Source of the DNA: Pachysolen tannophilus NRRL Y-2460
Lineage: Eukaryota
DNA: 64,000 bases
Reading direction: 5' to 3'
Assembly (NCBI GenBank): GCA_001661245.1
Contig: KV454014.1
Location: 450,954-514,953, forward strand
A model generated the notes under the pieces. The model searched no databases. It was given only the letters and a program-made list of their open reading frames with translations, and had not been told where the DNA came from. A program made the translations under genes and the position numbers. Each line of letters opens with the position of its first letter. Within the stretch, counting starts at the first letter, position 1. Below are positions 23,955 to 34,981 of the stretch, one piece after another.

Positions 23955-24623
23955 TCATTCCCACCAACTAACACAACCCATACCATCTGTCTGACAGCTG
24001 GCTACAATGGCATATGGCGGCACTTTGCCCTTATTATCATCTTTATCTTTATCTGCGCCATCTTGATCTTCATCATTATCGTCATTGTTATCATTATTTC
24101 TACTCAGTTGATTTACCAGTATCAACTCATTCTTTGGACCTTGTGGTTTGACATTAGCAAAAACTTCTTCTTCAACTCTGAAATTTATCCTCTCATTAAT
24201 ATCAAGATATAATTCAGCTGAATCTTCATCTGGTTGCCATATCCAAGCATTATCTGCTTCTGAATAATAACTATTCTCAAACAAGTAGTCTTTAGGTATA
24301 AATATATCATTGAAAAATTCCAATTTCACCTTAATCCCTTCTGGAGTACACTTCTCTATCCAACCAGTCAATACCTCACCTACAAAAGGTTTCCATATAA
24401 CCATTCTGAAATTCACTTTGACATAAGATGAAGCATCACCTGGTTTTAATAATCCATCGTCTATAGAAATTATATCCCAAACGGTAATCACAAGTCCCAA
24501 CTTAGGAATAACTTTATTTGCATATTTCTTGTTGAGCTCATTAACAATTGCTTTTCTAATTGGAATACCAAATGCTGGAGGTGGAATACTTATAAGATCA
24601 GAAATGACCGATAGTTGAAACAT
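23955..24623 (-). CDS. RPC25: RNA polymerase III subunit C25
   Basis: LNKKYANKVIP, DGLLKPGD, KPFVGEVLTGWI and C-terminal SCQTDGMGCVSWWE. Confidence 0.96.
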   Translation of the reverse strand: MFQLSVISDLISIPPPAFGIPIRKAIVNELNKKYANKVIPKLGLVITVWDIISIDDGLLKPGDASSYVKVNFRMVIWKPFVGEVLTGWIEKCTPEGIKVKLEFFNDIFIPKDYLFENSYYSEADNAWIWQPDEDSAELYLDINERINFRVEEEVFANVKPQGPKNELILVNQLSRNNDNNDDNDEDQDGADKDKDDNKGKVPPYAIVASCQTDGMGCVSWWE

Positions 24624-24808
24624 AATTTGTCAAATATGTAATTTTGTAATTTCTACTAATAAAAAAATCGAACCTCTTTTTTTTTTTTTTTTTCTTTCTC
24701 TTTTCCCCTAATTTTTTTTATAATCAACAAAAAACCCCTGATCTATAATAGCTCCCAACTTTTATCCTATTTATGGTGAATTCTCGTAAGTCTTGTAAGT
24801 CTCCTATG

Positions 24809-24870
24809 TCATCTCAAGAAGCACCCATCTCTGGTTTACAGTGAAAAATTGTTTAAATGAAAAAATTTCA
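24809..24870. promoter_or_regulatory. RRPE and PAC-like ribosome-biogenesis elements upstream of RPC25
   Basis: TGAAAAATT (24842), TGAAAAAATTT (24858) and TCATCTC (24809, GAGATGA on the - strand). Confidence 0.5.
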
Positions 24871-25127
24871 GTGTCACACAAAACAAAGTGACATAGGGCG
24901 AGTGACACTGTGGTGTCACATCCCAAACCACCTTTTTAAATAAAAGGTTGTTATAGTTGAATGATTTAGGATGAATTGATGATTACTAGGGAGTATAGAG
25001 CGCGTTTTTGCTTATATTAAATAGAAAACCAGAGGAACAACCTTAGTGAAGAGTAGGATACAAAAATAATAACAATAAAAAAAAAAAAATAAAAAGGAAA
25101 AGAAAAATGAAAAGAAAAGAAAGTCTA

Positions 25128-27176
25128 TCATTTTTGTAATTTTATTAATAACTGAGCACCTTTATTACCATTTTCTTCAGCTTCCTTAGCTAAGAAATTT
25201 TTAAGATTCTTGATTATTTTTAAGAAATTTTTGGCAGTATCTTCTTTACAATTTTCATTTTGTATGCTTTCAAAAAGTGCAATAACCACAAATGAGCCTG
25301 GAGATTTAATCCAAGCTTTTAATGCATTTTCATTTTCACCTTCTTCAAAAATTTCATTAATAAACTTCAAGGTAAAATTTAAACCTAATAAGCAAGAGTC
25401 CTTTACTTTTACAACAGTCTTCTCTTTAGCATTCCAACGACCACCTTGAATCAATGTTCTCAATAATCTTGCTGAAAAAGGTTTATTAATCAAATGGTCT
25501 TCACTTAACAGTTTCCCATTAAAAGATTCAATTATAGTATTTAATGCCTTTTCACGTTTATCAGTGTCAATATCTTCATTTAACAATACTTCACCAACAA
25601 ACTGAGATCCAATATTTTCACCTAATGACTCAAAAGGATGATTTATAATACATTCAAAGAAACTTTCACCAAATGCTTTTAATAACTCTAAACGTCTTTG
25701 TTCTTGTGGTTTCTTAGAAGTTTCTTTCGAAAACTCTTCATATCTCAATAGTTCCTTTTTGGTGATTGGAGAAAAAAAATGAGGATCAAGACCATTTAAA
25801 AGATATAAAAATGGACGTCTTGAAAATTTATCTACAATCAACTCATGCATGGTAGAAGAATATTCATTGACAAATGATTTGGAAACCAAAACTGTATCAT
25901 CCACAGTCATGAATATTGTAGTTAGCACTAAATTACCGTGTTCATTAGTGATTAAACTTTTAGCATGCAGCTTTAATGTTTTCAAAATCATTTTTCTTTC
26001 TTTAGCAGTTGCTTTTGCAATTAAAGTACATGCAACATTAGAACCTTCTGGGGTATGCACTAATTCTGCAAATTGTTCATGTAATAACTCAATAAATTCA
26101 TGAGTTTGCTTATCATCACAAATTTTAATATATTCTTCCATAACAGCATGTAAAATCTGAAAACCTGTTGAACCTTTATCTACAGAAGCAGTAATAGTTC
26201 CTATCAAATTTCTTGTAATCAAAGCCTTTTTCTCTTCTGATTCTTTTGCAACTTCCTCTATATCTTTTCCATCACCAGCATTTTTGAAAACTGCGTATTC
26301 AGCACCCCAAAATTCTCTAATCATTTGTTTTTTCTGATTCAGTGTTGCATAAAGTACATATAAATCTTCAACAACATAAGCACCTTCTCTATGTCTCATT
26401 AATTTTCTTAATTTACCATGCAATTCATTCAAGATAAGATCACGGGATTCTTTAGATCCATAATGTAACAATTTAACCAAAAGATACTTACCATAAGAAC
26501 TAGTAGCCAATTGATAATAATTTCCCTTTAAAGAAGAAACAATAACGTCTCTTCTTTGTTTAGAAGAATATTTAACCAAAGTTTGAACAACTCTTGAAGA
26601 ATCATGTTTCATAACTAAATCTTTAATAACATCTTTTGATAATTCCCAAATATCGTTACATAATTTTTCTCTAATGTCTTTAGGTAATGGTGGATTTTTA
26701 ACTCTTAATTTTTCCCAAATAAATTTGATTTTTTGAACTTCAACACCTGCTTTTCTTTGCAATTTCCTCTCTTCTAAAAGTTTCTTTTGCTCTGCATGTT
26801 GTTCTTTTGAACTTTGCTTGGGTTTTGAATCTTCAGCATCACCATCATCTTCATTAGCTTCATCTTCATTAGCATCATCTTCAACAGCAGCATCACCATT
26901 CAATTCACCTTCATCTCCATCCAAGTCGTCTAACTCATCAAGCTCATCCTCTTCCGACTCTGAAACAGAATCTAAGGAATCATCTGAAGATTCACTATCG
27001 TCATCATTATCACTTTTTCCACTTTCTGAATCTGAATTTGAACTTTCCTCTCCATAAGATGGAGTCTCAATTTGTTTGACTTCCTTCTTATTCTCGGATT
27101 TCTTCTGTTTCTTTACTCCATTTTTTAAAGAATCAGAAACTATAGAACGCTTCACAGCCCTATTTCCTGATACCAT
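25128..27176 (-). CDS. PUF6: Pumilio-like nucleolar protein Puf6
   Basis: Acidic N-terminus, KHDSSRVVQTLVKY, KLMRHREGAYVVEDL, ELVHTPEGS and RLLRTLIQGGRWN. First ATG at 27176. Confidence 0.96.
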   Translation of the reverse strand: MVSGNRAVKRSIVSDSLKNGVKKQKKSENKKEVKQIETPSYGEESSNSDSESGKSDNDDDSESSDDSLDSVSESEEDELDELDDLDGDEGELNGDAAVEDDANEDEANEDDGDAEDSKPKQSSKEQHAEQKKLLEERKLQRKAGVEVQKIKFIWEKLRVKNPPLPKDIREKLCNDIWELSKDVIKDLVMKHDSSRVVQTLVKYSSKQRRDVIVSSLKGNYYQLATSSYGKYLLVKLLHYGSKESRDLILNELHGKLRKLMRHREGAYVVEDLYVLYATLNQKKQMIREFWGAEYAVFKNAGDGKDIEEVAKESEEKKALITRNLIGTITASVDKGSTGFQILHAVMEEYIKICDDKQTHEFIELLHEQFAELVHTPEGSNVACTLIAKATAKERKMILKTLKLHAKSLITNEHGNLVLTTIFMTVDDTVLVSKSFVNEYSSTMHELIVDKFSRRPFLYLLNGLDPHFFSPITKKELLRYEEFSKETSKKPQEQRRLELLKAFGESFFECIINHPFESLGENIGSQFVGEVLLNEDIDTDKREKALNTIIESFNGKLLSEDHLINKPFSARLLRTLIQGGRWNAKEKTVVKVKDSCLLGLNFTLKFINEIFEEGENENALKAWIKSPGSFVVIALFESIQNENCKEDTAKNFLKIIKNLKNFLAKEAEENGNKGAQLLIKLQK

Positions 27177-27253
27177 TTCCAATTTACAATTATCTATGGT
27201 ATATATAATTAATTATAAATTTCTTTACTTTTATTTCTTATAGATTTTGTATG

Positions 27254-27316
27254 TGAAAAATTTTAAAAAATTTTTTTTATAAAAATTTTTTTTTTAGTTT
27301 TTCTTCAAATCTCATC
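27254..27316. promoter_or_regulatory. RRPE plus PAC upstream of PUF6
   Basis: TGAAAAATTTT at 27254-27264 and CTCATC at 27311-27316 (GATGAG on the - strand). Confidence 0.6.
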
Positions 27317-27840
27317 TCCAAAATTTAATTTATAATTTATCACAACTACAACGATAATACTTAAATAATACTAAATCAAAACGACAATTAACAAAATCAA
27401 GTGCTATAAAAAAAATATATATATATAGTTATTATCAATAAATATCACAAATTTCATGTTTATTATGGTCACATAAAACCTGAGTTTTCAAAAAAACAAA
27501 AAATAAGAATAAAAAACTCTATGAACAAATAAGAGGTTGAAAAAAAAAAATAAAATGAAAATAGTTATATAAAAGAAAAAAAAAAAAAAAATAAAAAAAC
27601 AAATTGTGATATCATCTTTAGGAAATTTTAATTGATAAGTCATTATTGTAGCACCATTATTTGTTGAAACATACAAATGTTAAGCTTTATAAATGAACAA
27701 ATTGAAAAATTAAAATTTTAAATGGATACATATATTTTGTAAATTTTTTTTTTTTTTTTATTTTTTCTCTTATACAATGGTGGTAATAATAGATATATCA
27801 ATTATTGTGTAAATGATAATAATTTGAATAAAAAACTTTC

Positions 27841-29763
27841 TTAGTATGCTCTGATGGTTGGAGGAACTGGTTTACATTCCTTTTCATCTAATGTGGTGGC
27901 AATGACTGATCTGTATTTCAAATCAACTTTATCACCGAAATTCTTTTGCCATGATAATGTATGTTTCATCCAGTTAACATCATCTCTTTCTGGGAAATCT
28001 TCTCTTGCATGAGCACCTCTTGATTCTTTTCTAACAAGAGCAGATTCAGCAGTTTGAGTAGCACAAGTTAACAAGTTTTGTAATTCCATAGTTTCAACTA
28101 AATCAGAGTTCCAAATCATTGATCTATCTGTAGTTTTAACATGTTTAAAACTACTATCAATTTCTCCAATTTCTTTAACACCTTGTTCTAAAGAATCATT
28201 TGTTCTAAAGACAGAAACATGTTTTTGCATAGTTTTTTGCATTGCTAATCTTATATCAGCTGTAGATTTAGTACCTTCAGCAGTTCTTAATTTATCCAAA
28301 TTAGCAACTGATTCATGACCAATATTAGTTGGTAATTGTGTAGTATGAGGAGTATTTGGAGTTTTTGTACCTGCAATTGTATGAGAAACAGCACGACCGA
28401 AAACAACTAAATCTAACAAGGAATTAGCACCCAATCTGTTAGCACCATGGACAGAAGCACAAGCAGCTTCACCACAAGCATATAAACCTTCAACAATCTT
28501 ATCCTTACCATTTTCATCAACAGTGATAACTTCACCAGTCCATTTAGTTGGAATACCACCCATATTATAATGAACAGTTGGTAAAATTGGAATTGGTTCT
28601 TTTGTAACATCAACACCAGCAAAGATAGCAGCAGTTTCAGAAATACCTGGTAATCTTTCTTTTAAGACAGCAGCAGGTATATGGGATAATTGTAAGAACA
28701 TGTGATCTTTTTCAGGACCAACACCTCTACCTTCATTAATTTCCATAGTAATAGCTCTTGAAACAACATCTCTACAAGCTAAATCTTTAGCAGTTGGAGC
28801 ATATCTTTCCATAAATCTTTCACCTTCAGAATTGATCAAATAACCACCTTCACCTCTAGCACCTTCAGTGATCAAACAACCTGAACCATAAATACCAGAA
28901 GGATGGAATTGAATGAATTCTAAATCTTGTAACGGTAAACCTGCACGAGCAACCATTGCATAACCATCACCAGTACAAGTATGGGCAGAAGTACAAGAGA
29001 AATAAGCTCTACCATAACCACCAGTTGCAAGAACAGTGTTATGAGCTCTAAATCTATGTAAAGTACCATCTTCTTCGTTATATGCAATAACACCAACACA
29101 TTTACCATCATGCATCAATAAATCCATAGCGAAAAATTCAATGAAAAAATGGGTATTATGTCTTAAAGCTTGACCATATAAAGTGTGTAACAATGCATGT
29201 CCAGTTCTATCAGCAACAGCACAAGTTCTATAAGCTTGACCACCTTTACCAAATTCTTTTGATTGACCACCAAAAGCTCTTTGATAAATTCTACCAGAAT
29301 CAGTTCTTGAAAATGGAACACCAAAATGTTCCAATTCAATAATTGATTTTGGTGCTTCTCTTGTCATATAATGAATAGCATCTTGATCACCAAGCCAATC
29401 AGAACCTTTAACAGTATCATACATATGCCAATGCCAGTCATCCTTATGCATATTACCTAAAGCAGCATTGATACCACCTTGAGCAGCAACAGTATGAGAT
29501 CTTGTTGGAAATAATTTTGAAATACAAGCAGTTTTAAAACCAGCTTCAGCCAACCCAAAAGCTGCTCTTAAACCAGCACCTCCAGCACCAACAACAACAC
29601 AGTCATATTCATGATCAATGATATGATAATCCTTGGCCATAGCTATAGAAGCATTCTTACCGTTTAATTCAGTCTGATTACCAATAACTTGACTCCTTAT
29701 TAACGAACTCGAAAAAAAACGATTCGAAGATTTAATCAAACTCTTGTTACGTAAAGAAAACAT
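27841..29763 (-). CDS. SDH1: Succinate dehydrogenase flavoprotein subunit
   Basis: [16 protein letters not shown] (FAD-binding His), HYNMGG and [13 protein letters not shown]; mitochondrial presequence. Confidence 0.99.
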   Translation of the reverse strand: MFSLRNKSLIKSSNRFFSSSLIRSQVIGNQTELNGKNASIAMAKDYHIIDHEYDCVVVGAGGAGLRAAFGLAEAGFKTACISKLFPTRSHTVAAQGGINAALGNMHKDDWHWHMYDTVKGSDWLGDQDAIHYMTREAPKSIIELEHFGVPFSRTDSGRIYQRAFGGQSKEFGKGGQAYRTCAVADRTGHALLHTLYGQALRHNTHFFIEFFAMDLLMHDGKCVGVIAYNEEDGTLHRFRAHNTVLATGGYGRAYFSCTSAHTCTGDGYAMVARAGLPLQDLEFIQFHPSGIYGSGCLITEGARGEGGYLINSEGERFMERYAPTAKDLACRDVVSRAITMEINEGRGVGPEKDHMFLQLSHIPAAVLKERLPGISETAAIFAGVDVTKEPIPILPTVHYNMGGIPTKWTGEVITVDENGKDKIVEGLYACGEAACASVHGANRLGANSLLDLVVFGRAVSHTIAGTKTPNTPHTTQLPTNIGHESVANLDKLRTAEGTKSTADIRLAMQKTMQKHVSVFRTNDSLEQGVKEIGEIDSSFKHVKTTDRSMIWNSDLVETMELQNLLTCATQTAESALVRKESRGAHAREDFPERDDVNWMKHTLSWQKNFGDKVDLKYRSVIATTLDEKECKPVPPTIRAY

Positions 29764-29933
29764 TATGACTTAAAAAATTTTTTTTTTCAAGCTTCCCTTT
29801 ATTAATATATCTTTCTTATATTAACCGCCGTTGAATTAATTAATTATTTAATTAATTAATTAATTATATTTTGAATATTATATTGCTGTATATTTGTATA
29901 TATCTTTTCAAGAATTCAAACCGCTACAAACGA

Positions 29934-30322
29934 CCAATTCACTAACCTTTTTCTTTTAATTAAAAAAGACAAAAACTGAAAAGATCAACTCCAATTAAAC
30001 GAAACAAAGAAGAAAGTAAAAAAAAAAAAAAAAAAAATTAATTTAGATAATACAATAAATATAATAATAATAATAATGATATTAAAATAATATTAAACAA
30101 AATTATATATATTACTAATGGAGTTTTTTTCTTTTTTTCTTTCTTTCTTTCTTTCGCAAAACTAATTCTTAATTGAGTTGAAGAAGCTCTTCACGGGAGC
30201 TTTTACCTTACTTTAACTCAATTTTTAATTAATGTGTTTTGCAGTATAAAATCAATTGTAGTCATCAAAGCGGATGCGATTCCGGAAAGTTTCGTAACAA
30301 GTTTTGGCTTGAATAAGCCAAT
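29934..30322. promoter_or_regulatory. CCAAT boxes (Hap2/3/5-type) upstream of SDH1
   Basis: CCAAT at 29934, 29991 and 30318. The motif is short, so chance occurrence is possible. Confidence 0.35.
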
Positions 30323-30676
30323 TAAATTTTAACAATTTCTAATTAAAGGCTGAAAGCAAATCGAAAGAGGAAAGTGTTGAGTGGCTAGTACCTGGTTTTT
30401 TAGTTGTCAAAAGTGGCTAGGGAGTTTTTAACTTGAGTCCTGTGAGTGAATAAGTAAGTAAGTATATTGTATTATCCTACACTACTAAGTTTTATGCCCT
30501 CGTAAACCTCGGGTTTTCGCATTTCCCTTGTTTTTTTTTTTTTTTTTTTTTGTGGAGGACTGGCCGGTAACTGAATTCACAAGGAAGTGAGTTTGAAAAA
30601 ATCTACCCGGTTTTGTACAGATCAAATAATTAAAATAAAGTATTTTATTTTTTTTAAAATAACAAATAAACGTAAA

Positions 30677-30760
30677 ACATCCTACACCATAAATCATACA
30701 CAGCACACCATTAAAATATACATCCCACACCACTTACACCACTTACACCACTTACACACC
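30677..30760. repeat. CA-rich tandem repeat (CACTTACAC)x3 and telomere-like motifs directly after the ATPase stop
   Basis: catcccacac cacttacacc acttacacca cttacacacc, plus acatcctacacc at 30677. Confidence 0.7.
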
Positions 30761-30762
30761 AG

Positions 30763-33700
30763 TTACCAATTCTTTTCAATTACTGTGGAATCAAAGATAT
30801 CCTGTTGTAAGACAACTTTTGGCGGTTTGAAAAACTTCAAGGCCAAGCTGCTCAATACAACGCTGACACTGCTCAGCGCCATTGCAGCGCTCGCCCATAC
30901 GGGATTCAACCGCGAGTTGTTATATGGATATATCACACCAGCAGCTATTGGTATACCAATCGTATTATAAAATAAAGCCCAACCAAAATTGAATTTGACT
31001 CTTTGGAATACGGTCCTCGATAACGAGAATAAAGTCAAGAGTGCAATCAAAGGGTGTTGTGGAGCTAATAAGACAAAGTCTGATGACGTCAATGCTAGAT
31101 CAGAGCCTGAGGCTAATGCTATACCAATATCTGCGACAGCCAATGCCGGAGCATCATTGATACCATCGCCGACCATTGCAACGATTGCGCGCTTAGTGGT
31201 ATGTGATGCTGATCCAGAACCAGAACTAGAACTAGAACTAGAGTTAGAGTTGTTTTTAGAAGTTGCATAAAAAGTTCTTTGAATCCATTTGATCTTGTCT
31301 GCTTTCTCCTCAGGAAGAACTTCGGCAATAACGTTATCAATTCCCAATTCTGCAGCAGCAGCTCTAGCGGTTATCTCGTTGTCTCCACTGATCATCCAGC
31401 ATGTGATTTGTTGCTTGTGTAAGTTGTCAATAACACTTTTAGCTTCAGGTCTGATTTCGTCTCTAGCAGCCATAATCATAATTGGATGATAATTCTCACT
31501 ATTGTCCCAAATTTTGGAACACTTCAATGCAATTAAAATCACACTTTTCCCCTGTTTTTTCCAACCATTTAATACTTCTTGTTGTTCTGGTAATAATGGT
31601 TTACATCCATTCTCTTTTAAGAAAAATTCATTGCCTAATAAAGCTTCTCTTGGTTCATTTTTAACCCAAAATTCATCATCATTATTTGTAAACATAAATT
31701 TACCTTTTAATCCTCTTCCAGGAACTTCTTCAACATCTGGTAATTTATTAGCATCTAATGTAAATCCATCAGAATTAGCATTGACAAAATTTTTTACCGC
31801 TGTAGCTAATGGATGTCTAGATCCTAACTCTAAATCTCTTGCAATTTGAAACCCAATTTTACGTAAAATTGATTTCTCATTTGTATCATTGCTCAAAATA
31901 CTAAAATCAGTAACTTTTGGTTCACCTCCTAATGTCAAAGTACCCGTTTTATCAAAACAAACAACATTAACTTTAGAACCTTCTTGAAATGCAGCTCCTC
32001 CTCCTCTTGCTAATATACCATTCTTAGCAGCCAACCCAGCACCAACAAATAACGCAGTAGGTGCAGCAAGACCAATACCACAAGGACATGCAACAACAAA
32101 TACAGCAATGGCAAATTCTAAAGACCATACAACCCATCCACCAACGTCAATATCTAAATAACTATCAGGTAATTTCCCTGTACATCCAAGACCTAACCAG
32201 ATTAACCAAGTTAAAATGGCACTTAAAGTGATTACTGGTACAAAATAACCAGTTAAAACATCTGCTGTTCTTTCAATAGGAGCTCTTTTCAATTGTCCAT
32301 CTCTCACTGTTGCAACAATTTGATCCAAAAAAGAAGTTCCATCTAAAGCAGAAATTTTGGCAATAATCGAGTTTGGACCTATATTTACAGTTCCTGCAAA
32401 TATTTGTTCACCTTCTGAATGTTTTACAGCAAAAGATTCACCCGTAAGTGCACTTTCATCAAATTCCGTGTTTCCTTGAACAATAATGGAATCTGCTGGT
32501 GGAGATTCTCCTACAGCGAGTCTTATATAATCACCCACTTCTAAGTAATCAATTTTAATATCTTCATCATCTCCAAATTGATAACTGGATTCATTAGCTA
32601 AATGAGAGGTTGCATCTCGTTGTTGTTCTTTCAGCGGCGAAGACAGAGATGGCAGCGATGGACGAAATTCTGAAGAAATCAGTGTTGATGATGACGACGA
32701 TAATGGGTTAACACTATCCAGCGATTCTGATGAACTTAATATATGAACTAGCTTTGCCATACTAGGTTTCAACCCACTTAAACTTACTACAGCATCTGCT
32801 GCCCTACTTTTTGAAAATGCTTCTAATAATCTTCCAATCAATAAGAAAAAAGTTAAAAATACCACTGAGTCAAAATAAGTGGTAGAATAACCAGTGCTTT
32901 GTTTTCTAGCACGAGCACTAAGTCCTAATAATGCAATACTTGCAAAATATGCAACAGAGGTTCCTAAAGACATCAACAAATTCATAGAACCAAACCTAAA
33001 TAACCTTCTTTTCCAAGGAACATGTGGTTTCCATAAACTTCTAATCTCTATCAAGGCTTTAAGATGGAAAATATCAGCAGCAAAGAAATATACTGGAGTA
33101 GCCAATATAAATAAGGCCCACGTTGAACGCGAGACATTTCCTTTCCAAATTGGTTTCATAAACCAAGCTCTTAAATGATTCTTACTAGGAATTAATGACA
33201 TAATAACAACGCCAATTATGAAAGTGGGTATTGCTACAATTGTGGCCAAAACCAACCTTCTCAAAACTTTTATTGTATCAACATGTGCCATTTTTCTCAA
33301 ATGCTCATCAAGAGCAACCAACTTAACCAACTCGACTTTGAAAACAGGCGACAACTCATTGATTTTTTTCAAAAGAGATCTAATAGTTAAATCAGGTGGT
33401 GCTGGAATGTAAGTGAATTTAACATAAGGATTACTCAAGCTTATCGGATTATTAATCACTATGGCATCACCATAAGATTTCAAAAAATCATTTATAATTT
33501 CTGGACAATGTTCACAATACATACCATCAATTTTTAAATTGACTGTTCTTGATTGAATTTGTTTAGAAGCATGACTAATCTTTACCGATTCAACAAGTTC
33601 AAATTCATAACCAATATCTTCTATTGAATCTTTTAAACGATCTAAAGTTTCTTTAGAGTCCGAATCTAAAATGAAAATACCAGTTTTCGAAACAATATTA

Positions 33701-34710
33701 ACAGCACATTCACTTACAAAGGGTAAATCTTTTACAGCAGTATTTATTGCTGAAGCACAAGCAGCACAGGTGATACCACCAATGGCAGCAGTGATTTTAT
33801 ACTTTGTTGATCTTTCAATTGGTAACAATTCAATTAAGGAACAACTGTAACCAATGTCTTTAACATTCGCAATTATATTATTGACCAATTGTTTATTTGG
33901 TAGGATAACAGTAGCCACATTCGAAACTGGAGAAACTGAATAAACTAGCTCATTATTTTCATTCATAGTTTTAACATTATGAGATTGTAAAACTTCATTA
34001 ATAGCATTTTCTACAGCATTGGAGCAAGAAACACAAGTCATTCCACCAATTACAAATGAAGCTCTATATTCCTTAGGGACAGCTACCACAACTTCTGGTT
34101 GTTCAAAATTCTCTTCATACTTCCCAGAACTGACAGGAGTTGCTTCATCATCTTGAGGTTTTTTTGCAAATAAATGTTTAAATTTTTCCTTTGTTTCAGA
34201 CTTATCTAGTTCATGTTTTTCACGACACACTGCACAATTCAGTAAATGAACATTATGTCTTTTCCTTTCTTCAATTATATATTTACTTTTCTTGAGCATA
34301 CTAATGATTGGTTCAAAAATACTACTCATGTTCTCTTTAGAATACATCTCTTCTGAGTTATTTGCCGTTATAAGTTCAGAAGAAATGATATCAAACCCAG
34401 TATCTTCTAAAAGCTCAATGATCTTTTTCTCTCTTGACTTCAATACACCTTTACCACCGACCAAGACCAAACTGTTTTCAGATAACAAGAAGGAAACAAC
34501 AGGTTTCCTTTCCAGCTCATGAGGACCACCATATCCTTCTTCAACTAATTCTGATTCCTGCTGTAGTTGGTGACGATTAAGAGAACTTGAAGAAGACCGA
34601 TCATTAGATATATACTCATTAACAATGAAAAATGATGAAATAGCCCTCCTCAAGTTTCTCGAGCACTCTTCACAATGTAAATTTCCAAGAACTATATTTA
34701 ACTGCTCCAT
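30763..34710 (-). CDS. Copper-type P1B ATPase (Ccc2/Crp1-like)
   Basis: HMA motifs HCEEC, MTCVSC, ITCAAC and MYCEHC; TGES, CPC, DKTGT, SRHP, GDGINDAP, YN and M-x-x-SS in the last TM helices. Confidence 0.93.
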   Translation of the reverse strand: MEQLNIVLGNLHCEECSRNLRRAISSFFIVNEYISNDRSSSSSLNRHQLQQESELVEEGYGGPHELERKPVVSFLLSENSLVLVGGKGVLKSREKKIIELLEDTGFDIISSELITANNSEEMYSKENMSSIFEPIISMLKKSKYIIEERKRHNVHLLNCAVCREKHELDKSETKEKFKHLFAKKPQDDEATPVSSGKYEENFEQPEVVVAVPKEYRASFVIGGMTCVSCSNAVENAINEVLQSHNVKTMNENNELVYSVSPVSNVATVILPNKQLVNNIIANVKDIGYSCSLIELLPIERSTKYKITAAIGGITCAACASAINTAVKDLPFVSECAVNIVSKTGIFILDSDSKETLDRLKDSIEDIGYEFELVESVKISHASKQIQSRTVNLKIDGMYCEHCPEIINDFLKSYGDAIVINNPISLSNPYVKFTYIPAPPDLTIRSLLKKINELSPVFKVELVKLVALDEHLRKMAHVDTIKVLRRLVLATIVAIPTFIIGVVIMSLIPSKNHLRAWFMKPIWKGNVSRSTWALFILATPVYFFAADIFHLKALIEIRSLWKPHVPWKRRLFRFGSMNLLMSLGTSVAYFASIALLGLSARARKQSTGYSTTYFDSVVFLTFFLLIGRLLEAFSKSRAADAVVSLSGLKPSMAKLVHILSSSESLDSVNPLSSSSSTLISSEFRPSLPSLSSPLKEQQRDATSHLANESSYQFGDDEDIKIDYLEVGDYIRLAVGESPPADSIIVQGNTEFDESALTGESFAVKHSEGEQIFAGTVNIGPNSIIAKISALDGTSFLDQIVATVRDGQLKRAPIERTADVLTGYFVPVITLSAILTWLIWLGLGCTGKLPDSYLDIDVGGWVVWSLEFAIAVFVVACPCGIGLAAPTALFVGAGLAAKNGILARGGGAAFQEGSKVNVVCFDKTGTLTLGGEPKVTDFSILSNDTNEKSILRKIGFQIARDLELGSRHPLATAVKNFVNANSDGFTLDANKLPDVEEVPGRGLKGKFMFTNNDDEFWVKNEPREALLGNEFFLKENGCKPLLPEQQEVLNGWKKQGKSVILIALKCSKIWDNSENYHPIMIMAARDEIRPEAKSVIDNLHKQQITCWMISGDNEITARAAAAELGIDNVIAEVLPEEKADKIKWIQRTFYATSKNNSNSSSSSSSGSGSASHTTKRAIVAMVGDGINDAPALAVADIGIALASGSDLALTSSDFVLLAPQHPLIALLTLFSLSRTVFQRVKFNFGWALFYNTIGIPIAAGVIYPYNNSRLNPVWASAAMALSSVSVVLSSLALKFFKPPKVVLQQDIFDSTVIEKNW

Positions 34711-34981
34711 AACTAGCTAATTTCAATTACAAAATTGCCTTCCATCCTTATAAAAATGGATTATTGCTAACTTTTATATATTGTAACGATGAGATCTTTT
34801 TGCCTATTGGCAAAATTGACGCATAGAAAAAAAAGAAATAAAAAAAATTTAATACCAAAAAAGAAAAAAATTATTATTATCTTAATAATCATTAATACTA
34901 ATTAATTGTCTATCAAGTTAAAAGACGATACGGGTTAAATTTCCAGTTGTCACTTTTTCGAACTGCTAGTATATTTCCAAG

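Noticed and set aside
24960..25065. Possible H/ACA or C/D snoRNA (ATAGAA...ACA; TGATGA)
   Set aside because: No convincing two-hairpin structure, no D box and no recognised guide sequence.
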